DNA from: an uncultured Chitinophagaceae bacterium
Lineage (GTDB): Bacteria; Bacteroidota; Bacteroidia; Chitinophagales; Chitinophagaceae
Direction: 5' to 3'
Assembly: GCA_964499155.1 (NCBI GenBank)
Contig: CAZCKF010000001.1
Coordinates: 1,057-40,783, forward strand
DNA: 39,727 bases
The position numbers were made by a program, and so were the translations under genes. The notes below the pieces were generated by a model. That model worked only from the letters and a program-made list of their open reading frames with translations, had not been told where the DNA came from and ran no database searches. This document shows positions 13,692 through 22,400 of this stretch, one piece after another (the first letter of the stretch is position 1; every line of letters begins with the position of its first letter).

Positions 13692-13912
13692 AAATTACCA
13701 ATATTGTTACCAAGATTTTACCAATAAATCTATGGAATAGAAGGGAACAAACCGGAATAAACGGAACAAAAAGGTATACATATTAGCCTTAGCAATCAAT
13801 TATATGCATGAAAATGAAGGGATTAAAGTGGACTGTACTGAACACATTTGTAAATGAAAGGATGGTTAAAATTCAATCAGTTACAATCCTGAAAAACTGA
13901 TTTACCAATATT
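13692..13912. promoter_or_regulatory. attP-like region with two families of direct repeats (candidate arm sites) and the int promoter
   Basis: TTACCAA occurs at 13695, 13707, 13718 (11-12 bp phasing) and 13902. GGAAYAAAM occurs at 13744, 13754 and 13763 (9-10 bp phasing). The region is non-coding and immediately upstream of int. Confidence 0.5.
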
Positions 13913-14221
13913 CTACTTCCCTTCTGACTCTGGAAAACCTATAATAGATATATATGTATCCAGGGCTTGGGTTATCTGATTCAGGTTATATTGATTCTTC
14001 ATGAATCCTTCCTTTAAGGTCCAGGTATTTTCGAAGACATACTTTTCCAGGACTATTGACCTTTCCTTCCCATATACCCGGAACTGCATGAACTGCTTGT
14101 TATCTGACAGTCTTTCAACCCGCATGCGGAATATCCGTTCATTCTCAGCCTTAATTTGAATTTGAAAAATATTGGGGTTCTTGGGTTCCGGTTTTGGACG
14201 GTACTGTTTCCGTGGGTTCAT
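13913..14221 (-). CDS. Hypothetical protein, 102 aa
   Basis: ORF only. Confidence 0.5.
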   Translation of the reverse strand: MNPRKQYRPKPEPKNPNIFQIQIKAENERIFRMRVERLSDNKQFMQFRVYGKERSIVLEKYVFENTWTLKEGFMKNQYNLNQITQALDTYISIIGFPESEGK

Positions 14222-14247
14222 CTCACAATTTTATTAATTTTAGGTGT

Positions 14248-14640
14248 ATGATAAAAACCAATGAATTAAAAACCGCTGCATCTTGGACAAATGATTGCCA
14301 GGGAAAGCAAGATTATGACGGCCCCATCCTTTCGATTAGCACACGATACTGGCCACGTGGGGGAGGATACTGGCTTGTTGATAACACTAATGGAAAATGT
14401 TCCGATACGGCCGACCCCAGCCGCCAAAACATAAGGCCGTCTGCAACATCCGCTATAATTATGTATCATGGAGTCAGTGAGGAATGCTTTCCTCTTACAG
14501 AAAAGGATTTTGAAGGTGAAACCGAAGATGAGGTGAAAAAACTGGTTGAAGAGTGGGGGCAAGAAGAGATGAACAAAATTGTAGAAGCACTAAAATCAAT
14601 CTATCCAAAAAGTTTTTTACAAAGTGAACTGAATGCTTGA
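14248..14640 (+). CDS. Hypothetical protein, 130 aa from the ATG at 14248
   Basis: The ORF-track start at 14194 is TTG and overlaps the divergent gene, so the ATG at 14248 is preferred. Acidic C-terminal helix. Confidence 0.5.
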   Translation: MIKTNELKTAASWTNDCQGKQDYDGPILSISTRYWPRGGGYWLVDNTNGKCSDTADPSRQNIRPSATSAIIMYHGVSEECFPLTEKDFEGETEDEVKKLVEEWGQEEMNKIVEALKSIYPKSFLQSELNA

Positions 14641-14644
14641 CCGG

Positions 14645-14983
14645 TTATTCGACGTCAGAATTATACTCAATAATTTCAACGCAGATGTAAACAAGTTTCG
14701 TTGCCAGGCCTTCTAAGTCTTCTTCTGGATTTTCTGGTTTGAAATCAATATCATCACGTAATGATGCTTTAAGGTCTAAATATTTTTCACGCCATTCCTT
14801 TATTTCTTTAAAATGATGGTGACTAACGTCATCTTCTTCAATTACACCAATTTCAGAAAATGCATCAGACAGCCGGTTATCGAAGTTGTTCTTTGAAGCA
14901 AATTTCGAAAGTGTATTGCGGCATATTTCAATGCCATAAGCAAAGCCCATAAATTTCAATTTGCCCAAATGTAAGGAAAACAT
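14645..14983 (-). CDS. Hypothetical acidic protein (112 aa from the ATG at 14983, or 101 aa from 14950)
   Basis: The ORF-track TTG start at 15010 lies inside a terminator hairpin. Convergent with 14248..14640. Confidence 0.45.
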   Translation of the reverse strand: MFSLHLGKLKFMGFAYGIEICRNTLSKFASKNNFDNRLSDAFSEIGVIEEDDVSHHHFKEIKEWREKYLDLKASLRDDIDFKPENPEEDLEGLATKLVYICVEIIEYNSDVE

Positions 14984-14986
14984 AAA

Positions 14987-15004
14987 CCCCCGTAGAAACG
15001 GGGG
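14987..15004 (-). terminator. Intrinsic terminator-like hairpin
   Basis: Minus strand: CCCCCG-TTTCTA-CGGGGG followed by TTTATGTTTTCC. Confidence 0.5.
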
Positions 15005-15119
15005 TCGCAACCAAAACTAACTGCTAGAAAACCGAGGTTCAATTTGCTGCGCTGAATGTTACATAATATTCTTTACCAACCTCGAATTGGTGATTCATAG
15101 TTTATTATTTTTGTCGCCT

Positions 15120-15773
15120 ATGGCTATTTTAAAAGACATGACAGGCAAAACGTTTTTTGATCTCACTGTTTTGAATAAATCCACTGAAATAGGAAATGCT
15201 AAAAAGCCTATAGTTCACTGGACGTGCAAATGTATATGTGGTAATATTGTTGACGTTCCCGGTAATTCTCTTCGTACAGGTAGTACAAAGTCTTGCGGTT
15301 GCGGAATGAAGGCAACCCAGTTTTCGAATAAACATCAAATGTGTTTTACTCATGAATACAATTGTTGGCAAGGGATGAAGAAGAGATGCAAGAACAGCGA
15401 TGGAAAGCATCTCACGTATGTTCTTAAAAACATTACTGTCAGCCATGAATGGGAAAGCAGCTTTGAGAATTTTTATAATGATATGGGTCCTGCGCCAAGC
15501 CATGAGCATACTATTGATAGAATGGATAATTCAAAGGGTTACTATAAGGGAAATTGTCGTTGGGCAACTCAAAAGCAACAAAACCGTAATTATGATCAGA
15601 ATCGAATATTGACATATAATGGTCGTTCAATGTGCGTAACAGAATGGGCCGAATTCTTAAATATTGATCGCGGCTTAATTTTCAACAGGCTTCGGTATGG
15701 ATGGTCAGTTGAAAAAGCGTTGACTACACCAAAAACTTCTTTGCCCGCTCGTAATATTCCAATCTCGATATAA
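15120..15773 (+). CDS. HNH-type (homing) endonuclease, 217 aa from the ATG at 15120
   Basis: A Cys-rich N-terminus (CKCICGN...CGCG) and HTIDRMDNSKGYYKGNCRWATQKQQNRN match the stand-alone phage HNH pattern. This is one of the few plus-strand genes in a minus-strand region. Confidence 0.7.
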   Translation: MAILKDMTGKTFFDLTVLNKSTEIGNAKKPIVHWTCKCICGNIVDVPGNSLRTGSTKSCGCGMKATQFSNKHQMCFTHEYNCWQGMKKRCKNSDGKHLTYVLKNITVSHEWESSFENFYNDMGPAPSHEHTIDRMDNSKGYYKGNCRWATQKQQNRNYDQNRILTYNGRSMCVTEWAEFLNIDRGLIFNRLRYGWSVEKALTTPKTSLPARNIPISI

Positions 15774-16371
15774 ATCCGTTCATTCCCCCATTGATCAACC
15801 TGGTTATTCTTTCAAACTTATCATCGATCGCCAGCTGGATGAGATTCTTTTCAACTGCAAATACCCAGCATGCGCTGTCCATTGCCCATTGATCATTTGT
15901 CCTTAAAAGAACTGCAGCTTCTTCGGCTGTCATATGTTTATGCTTCCCGTACCTGGTGAAAATATCCCGGCCCGTCAGCTGAATGAAACCGGCACCACGA
16001 AATTTCCACCCGTCACCAAGATTTGTGTTACCCATCCTGCCGCCATATACACGATTGGCAATTCTTTGCGGTTGTCTATGAAACTGCTTTGCTTCATCAT
16101 CCGTGCGGAAGTATTTTGGAAATATTACACGGAGTCTCGGCCAGGAGTAATTTAGATTCTCTTCTTTCAAACGAAATCCTCCAGACTCGTGAGCAATCTG
16201 CGCAATGAATTCGTGCAGGATATCAGGATCATCCATTTTATAATAGGGACACATCTTATTCACCAGATCAGCAACTGCAGCAGCCCTACCCGGTGAGAGA
16301 GTAGGAACTACTGCCTGCATCACCTCACCAGTGACGGTCTTTTGTTTTAAAGTTGTAAATCCCCAAGGCAT
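15724..16371 (-). CDS. Endolysin, glycoside hydrolase family 19 (chitinase-like lysozyme)
   Basis: FIAQIAHESGGFRLKEENLNYS ... ANRVYGGRMGNTNLGDGWKFRGAGFIQLTGR is the GH19 endolysin signature. The start is set at Met23 (16371), just after the upstream stop. Confidence 0.8.
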   Translation of the reverse strand: MPWGFTTLKQKTVTGEVMQAVVPTLSPGRAAAVADLVNKMCPYYKMDDPDILHEFIAQIAHESGGFRLKEENLNYSWPRLRVIFPKYFRTDDEAKQFHRQPQRIANRVYGGRMGNTNLGDGWKFRGAGFIQLTGRDIFTRYGKHKHMTAEEAAVLLRTNDQWAMDSACWVFAVEKNLIQLAIDDKFERITRLINGGMNGFISRLEYYERAKKFLV

Positions 16372-16387
16372 TGATGACAATTGTTTA

Positions 16388-16819
16388 CTATACCCGCGCT
16401 TCCAATTCCTCACCCTCGTATACAGGATGTGATTCAAAAAATTCTTTCACCTTTTTCCAGAGATCAGGCTGATTTTGTACGTAATGGGAGTCCTTTCCAT
16501 AGTAATCCTTATGTTTTTTTAGGGAGTGAAGTTCATAAAGTAACTGTGCGGATTCTTTCAATGTTTCCAATTCACAATCTTTTGAGGGCTCGTAAGTCTG
16601 GTTAAAAACACGAGCCTTGACGATCAAAAATTTTCCTTCACCTGATTTTATAATAAAATCTTTTTCGCAAATAGTGCTTGTTCCCTCAGGTGTAGGGACA
16701 CCAACAATTACTCCAGCAGTTGGAATACCATTGCCGTTGATGAATTTCATTGCTTCTTCCAAGTTTGCACTGGTATACTGAATGGCTTCAATCGTTTCTG
16801 ATTTTCTTGTGTATTTCAT
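16388..16819 (-). CDS. Hypothetical phage protein, 143 aa
   Basis: ORF only. The N-terminal TIEAIQYT...FIIKSGEGKFLIVKARVFNQTYE resembles a small beta-rich domain common in phages, which I cannot name with confidence. Confidence 0.55.
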   Translation of the reverse strand: MKYTRKSETIEAIQYTSANLEEAMKFINGNGIPTAGVIVGVPTPEGTSTICEKDFIIKSGEGKFLIVKARVFNQTYEPSKDCELETLKESAQLLYELHSLKKHKDYYGKDSHYVQNQPDLWKKVKEFFESHPVYEGEELEARV

Positions 16820-16829
16820 ACTTAATAAA

Positions 16830-17900
16830 TTATAGCGTGACTGTTAATCCAACTCCCCACATATCACCTTCATTGAATGTTGGAGCACCAGCGCCTTTCT
16901 GATATATGAAATCAAGGGAATTGGTATTGGTTAAATGAAACCTTGCGCGACCATCCAGTTTATGATAAAAGACTCCGTTGATGAAATCATACCAGACTTT
17001 GGCATCTCCAAGGATACTGACGCGAAGGCCATTTACATTCAGAATTGGTTTTGTATCAATACCAAATTCACCCTTTGCCCGAAGGATCGAGCTTTTTAAA
17101 TCTTCCTGGCTCTGATCAATCTCGCCGCCGACGGGCTTACTGCCTGAGGTATCAATTTTGAATTTGTATCCTCCTTGCAGGTAAAACCCGAACTTGGAAT
17201 GATTTATGATTTCAGAAACAGATTTGCTTCCGGCCATAAACCATGGAACATACCCTACTTCTAAAATTCCATTGACAAAATTGAATCCGCTGTTTGTCTC
17301 CACTCCAAGGTTGATGGGAAATGTATGAAAGGTTTTAGTTAGATCTGGAGTAAGTATTCCTGAAACAGTTTTCGTTTTGAATGTCATTAGCAGACCAGAT
17401 GCTTTGATTTCAATAGCTGAAAAGGCATCTTCCGTGCCTGCCTGAATATTCATTTCTGGAGTAATCAGAAACCCGGATCTTTTCCCGACGATTAAATGCT
17501 CATTGTTGAGCACACTGTCAAAAGACTGCAGATAAGAAAGCCCGATCGTGATAGCATTATTCTTTAGCTCAGTTTTACTGGCTCCAAGTGTCACCTGCAC
17601 CTGGCTGAAGCTATTTATTGATACCAGGAGGAATATAAGGATCACAAACTTGGAAACGAAATCACGTACTGACAGATCCTCCCAGCCGCGTGGCCACCTG
17701 GTCTTTATTTTCTGCATTAGTAATGTCCATCCAACGGCAATTCGGAATACATTTTTTGAATTGGAGGATCCTTTTCCGTCAGTTGTGCTCAATACTTCAC
17801 TTAGTACAGTGTCTTCTGAAATGTCTACTTCTTTTCCTTTGTGTTTTTTGATAGCCTCCAGCTGCTCAATAACCACGTCTGTCAATTGTTGTTTTTCCAT
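16830..17900 (-). CDS. Membrane protein: ~80-aa N-terminal soluble domain, a hydrophobic segment, and a ~260-aa beta-barrel-like C-terminal domain
   Basis: The hydrophobic segment is FVSKFVILIFLLVSINSFSQ (aa ~82-101). It is followed by alternating-hydrophobic beta-strand patterns and a terminal GVGLTVTL. No in-frame ATG/GTG gives a conventional signal-peptide start. Confidence 0.55.
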   Translation of the reverse strand: MEKQQLTDVVIEQLEAIKKHKGKEVDISEDTVLSEVLSTTDGKGSSNSKNVFRIAVGWTLLMQKIKTRWPRGWEDLSVRDFVSKFVILIFLLVSINSFSQVQVTLGASKTELKNNAITIGLSYLQSFDSVLNNEHLIVGKRSGFLITPEMNIQAGTEDAFSAIEIKASGLLMTFKTKTVSGILTPDLTKTFHTFPINLGVETNSGFNFVNGILEVGYVPWFMAGSKSVSEIINHSKFGFYLQGGYKFKIDTSGSKPVGGEIDQSQEDLKSSILRAKGEFGIDTKPILNVNGLRVSILGDAKVWYDFINGVFYHKLDGRARFHLTNTNSLDFIYQKGAGAPTFNEGDMWGVGLTVTL

Positions 17901-17923
17901 AAAAAAATTAATTGGTTAATAAA

Positions 17924-18328
17924 TTATTTGCTTCCAACATTTGTTGGTGTCATTTTTTCACCTTGAACCTTTGCTTTTTCAATTACATCTGTATGCTCAT
18001 ATCCACGAGATTTTGGAGGACTTGTCCAGAAAACAGCAATAAGGGCAATGGCTGCCTGGAATAAAAGAATGATCCATTTTATATTTCCTTCCAATTTCAT
18101 CGTCTGGAAGTTGGTTGCAGTCATGAGTGCAATTGTCACTACAGAAGCAGCTTGACCCCTTAAATTTTTCCCCGCCCAAGTCAATCCAGAAATGAACATA
18201 CCCCATCCGACTATTCCCCAGGAGAATTCACCATTGCCGGCTGTTAGTAATTCAAGGCCTGTTGATAAAACTGCCATCAAGAGACCCGCAATAAAAACTT
18301 GATTTTTTTTGAACCATGTTTGTTTCAT
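17924..18328 (-). CDS. Multi-pass membrane protein (about 4 TM), holin candidate
   Basis: Four hydrophobic stretches and a charged C-tail, positioned upstream of the endolysin. Confidence 0.5.
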   Translation of the reverse strand: MKQTWFKKNQVFIAGLLMAVLSTGLELLTAGNGEFSWGIVGWGMFISGLTWAGKNLRGQAASVVTIALMTATNFQTMKLEGNIKWIILLFQAAIALIAVFWTSPPKSRGYEHTDVIEKAKVQGEKMTPTNVGSK

Positions 18329-18351
18329 AAACTTTATTTAATTGTTAGTAA

Positions 18352-18681
18352 TTATCTGCCCCTGCCTCGATTATTGCCCCTGAACCATTCAAGCGAATCC
18401 TTTATCAGTTCTTTGTAATCTTGCGCCAGTTTTTCAATAGAATTTTTCATTTCCTTGTTATCATCTTTCAGTGCCTCTTGATTATGTTTCAAATCATCAA
18501 AATCCTGCTGGATCTTATTGTGATGATCCCATAGTTTAGCGATCGCCTGAGCCCCTACACTTTTCTCCTTTGCTATTTCAATACGGGTCTTATTCCATGA
18601 GATACCGAATTTGTAGGCTCCTATAATTGCAGTGATTGCTGCCGAAAACATTGCAATACCACTGAACACGTACTTGAACAT
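18352..18681 (-). CDS. Single-pass membrane protein with a coiled-coil ectodomain (i-spanin-like or holin/antiholin-like)
   Basis: Start set at MFKYVFSGIAMFSAAITAIIGAY (the ATG at 18681 avoids a 32-nt overlap with the REC gene). It has a heptad-rich tail and an RGRGR C-terminus. Confidence 0.5.
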   Translation of the reverse strand: MFKYVFSGIAMFSAAITAIIGAYKFGISWNKTRIEIAKEKSVGAQAIAKLWDHHNKIQQDFDDLKHNQEALKDDNKEMKNSIEKLAQDYKELIKDSLEWFRGNNRGRGR

Positions 18682-18691
18682 GTCAGTTACT

Positions 18692-19159
18692 TCAAGGGTT
18701 GGGATGTGAAACATATTTCTCAATCTCTTTTTCCTTGGCCATTAATTTTGATAAGTATTCGATATCGCGTTTTATATTCTCAAGACCTTCTTTTACATGG
18801 TGAGCCAGTTTGTCAAGGAAATCACGTTTTGATTTCTGAACATACCTCCAAGCTCCGCTGTTCATAAATTCAATGATCACATCGTTTGAATCAATACCAG
18901 ACAGAATAATTACATGGCACATTCTGTTTCGTTCCAATACTTTTTTTGTGATCTCAATGCCGTTTAAAGCGCAGTCGGGCATGCGGTAATCTATAATAGC
19001 CAGGTTCACATTGTCTGTTAGCTGTGAAAGGAAATCCGAGCATTCATAAAAAAGACGATAATTAATAATCTTCTCTTCTTTGAATTTGTGATCGATCAAT
19101 TCAAGGATGTCCTTGTCATCATCAAGTATAAATACCATGATATTTATAAATCTTTCCAT
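18692..19159 (-). CDS. Stand-alone response-regulator receiver (REC/CheY-like) domain protein with a short helical tail
   Basis: VFILDDDKDILELI (acidic pocket), LAIIDYRMP (phospho-acceptor Asp), VIILSG (Thr/Ser position) and YVQKS (Lys) are in the canonical order and spacing. No output domain is present and no kinase gene is in the window. Confidence 0.7.
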   Translation of the reverse strand: MERFINIMVFILDDDKDILELIDHKFKEEKIINYRLFYECSDFLSQLTDNVNLAIIDYRMPDCALNGIEITKKVLERNRMCHVIILSGIDSNDVIIEFMNSGAWRYVQKSKRDFLDKLAHHVKEGLENIKRDIEYLSKLMAKEKEIEKYVSHPNP

Positions 19160-19437
19160 CAGGGTTGCTTTTTACCTCTTCTGATCATTGCAACTGTATT
19201 CATTGCCTGAAGCACTTTTTGAGCAATTAGATATTCGTTCACGACCATTATTTTTCTTAGCACTGCATCAAGTTCAATCAGGTCCTTTCTGGACAACACT
19301 GGAAGGCTGTCAAGTCGAATAGAATCTGCAATCGCAATCATTCGATCTGAATTTATTTTACTACTTGTTGCGGTCTGAGCATTAATGGCGCCGGCCAATC
19401 CAAATACCATCAGAAGAATCAGTGTTAGTTTTTTCAT
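19159..19437 (-). CDS. Small secreted protein, 92 aa
   Basis: Signal peptide MKKLTLILLMVFGLAGAINAQ. The stop overlaps the REC start (TGATG). Confidence 0.55.
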   Translation of the reverse strand: MKKLTLILLMVFGLAGAINAQTATSSKINSDRMIAIADSIRLDSLPVLSRKDLIELDAVLRKIMVVNEYLIAQKVLQAMNTVAMIRRGKKQP

Positions 19438-19446
19438 TTGTTTTAT

Positions 19447-22400
19447 TTAATTCCTAAATCGACCTCGCATTTTATCTCCTATAATCTGGTTGGGGTTAAC
19501 AATAATGATCACCGTATCAGTAGCCGTTGCGCCTCGATCATCAGTAACCGTAACCTGGAAAGTATAAGATGATGCTGGCTGCAGTCCTGCTATCACGGTC
19601 CCTCCCTGGGTTGGGAATCTTATTATCGATCCGTTTCCGGAAAGTTTTGTATGCAGTATAGAGACAATATTTCCGTCATCGTCATTTGCCTTTATCGATA
19701 CTATAATTGAATCGCCTTCAATAAACTGTGTTGCTGCTCCTTCAAACTCCACTGTTGGAGAAGAATTGACAAGAACTGTAACTGTGTCTTTAGCGATTGC
19801 TCCGCGGTTATCAGTAACCATCAATTCGAATTGGTAAGTACCAGGGATAAGGCCTGTTAATCCTGTTGCAGAAAGTGCAGGAGTTGTAATCGTTACAGCT
19901 CCACCGGTTAGTTTACTCCACAAATAAGTTAAAATGGTACCATCTTCATCATTAGCTGATCCAGTCAGTACTGTTGAAGTTGATGGAGTATTTATTTGTA
20001 AATCCGGGCCAGCCGAAACAATCGGTGTTGCATTAGCGGTCACAACAATAACGACTACATCATCATCGATTGCGTCATCATCATCTTTAACTCTAAGATT
20101 TAATTGATAGGTCCCGGGTGTTAATCCTGAAAATGTTGTGCTTGCTGAATTTGCATTTCCAAATGTTCCACCGGTGCCAGATATTTTAGTCCATTGATAA
20201 GTAACTATCGTGCCGTCAGAATCTGTCCCACCTCCGGATAATGTTACTGAGCTATTTGGTGGATAATAAATGGATTGGTCACTACCAGCATTTGAAATGG
20301 GTTGAATGTTTACAGGGGGTGCAGCATTAACAATAACGGTGATAGTATCAACCGCAGTTGCACCGCTGTTGTCTGTTACAGTTAATTTAATCTGGTATTC
20401 CCCGGCCGTAAATCCCGTCACTGTCGTTGTTGCACTTGCGGTTGCAGTAATCGTGTGTGGTCCAGCTGTTATTTTACTCCAGGCATATGTTGAGATCGTC
20501 CCATCTATATCAGTTCCGGAACCGTTTAATGTCATCTCACTAACCGGTAAATCAAACTCCTGATCACTACCGGCATTCGCTGTTGGAGGAATATTAGGTG
20601 CAGGGTTAACGGTTATAGTAACAGTATCGTCATCTGTTGCCCCTTGGTTATCCGTTACAACTAATTTCAATTGATAAGCCCCTGCTGTAAATCCAGAAAC
20701 TGTTGTAATTTGACTGGAAGGATTTATAATCGTGTGTGCCCCTGCAGTAATTTTTGACCAGACGTAAGAAACAATCGAGCCGTCTGGATCTAGACTACCA
20801 TCACCCTTTACACTTACTGTGTTTCTTGGGAGAGTAATAGTTGAATCTGTCCCAGCATTGGAAATGGGGTTTGTATTAGTAGGAGGACCTGATGTAGTGA
20901 ACCCAAATCCGAGAGCCTTATAAGTATCATCATCGCGGAGCCTATAATCATCAGGAGGGTGCAATCTTCTTACACCTCCTTCATTCCAGGTTAATAATTC
21001 CCAGTTGGCGTCTGTGTAACCTTTAGGAACGTTTCCGGTATTATTAAAAATCTTGGAGCGGTAAAATTTTCCAAAATAAAAAGCAACCTCATTAAGTGAA
21101 TAACTCCATGGTTGCAGCCATTTAGGAGCAATCCCAGGCGTAGGCGACTCATCCTTATAAGTAGCATAAATTAAATCTGCCCACCATGAATTATTATTAA
21201 AATTGTAGTTATCACCCCATCCGGAATTAACATACTTCGGATATGCTACCGGTATCCCGTTTTGGTTTCCGGAGCTATCAAGATTCGCGGCAGTTACAAG
21301 AATTGATTTTGATCCGTCGCTTTTGTTGTTCTTAAATATTGCCCTGAAAGTATTGTCAGTTTTGAAAACTATGTTATCATTCTTTCCTTCTGTTGCATTG
21401 GAATTATAAACCCGGTCATTAGTCCACTGCATGTTCTTGAAGAAGTTGCCGGTAATACTGATTTTTTCATTAGGTAACCTGCTTGAATGTGACCCGCCAC
21501 GTGAACCATGTATATCTCCAAGGAAATTATAATCAACATGGTTTGTATCGCCGTTAGGTGCAACTATAATATCCCTGGCTGATCCGTTAGCAAAGAATTG
21601 TGTTGCACCTTGAACTATGTTATATTGAAATCTGTTTCCACCGTTCCTATATGCCATTTGAAATCCCCGATCGTTGAATGGTCCGAAAGGAGTCATGAAT
21701 TTGAACCCTGCATTAATTACAACATTGTTGTGAATGCTGTTACCTAAGCCCTGATTATTAAACTGTATTCCTTCACTCCCAGTCCTTACGATAAGATTGT
21801 CATGAATGTCCCATCCATTGCCCTGATGTTGCCAATTTATAACAGCCGAATCCTGGCCATTGACACCTTTTACATATATCGTATCACCGGACGTGGATAA
21901 CGCATAAATTCCTTCACTACTCAAATCATGCAGGAAATTGTGATGGACTTTGAAGAAGTCATAATCGTTTGTACTTGTGAGAGCCAGATCTTCTGCCTTG
22001 ATAAAGAATCCTGAGAAATATCCGTTAGCAGCTTCAAAGTTGTCCATCTCGACAGAATCTGTAAATGCTCCGGCCAATAAAACGCCATGCTGATTTAAAT
22101 TCTGCCACCTGTTATTGGCATAAAAACCAAACTTCCCATGACGGTTGGCATAGCCCCCGGCAAAACCCTGGTAGTTAACGTGACCTCTCACACCTGGTAC
22201 ATATGCTCCTGACCAATGAACGTTTCTAAGGTTGGAAACTTTCCATTCTCCCATCCATTCAACCTGGCCACCGTAGGTGTACATAAAATTCCTATTACCA
22301 GCTGCTGAGCTTCCAAAGAATGTACTGTCCTGAAAATGTGTTGTGATAGCACCATACCGCCCGGCTCTTACCCATATGCCTCTATTCGGTGCAAGAGCAA

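Noticed and set aside
19489-20871. Tandem ~280-nt repeats as additional DGR VR/TR copies
   Set aside because: They are diverged PKD/Ig-like protein-domain repeats with substitutions at all bases, and they show no similarity to the TR at 368-443.
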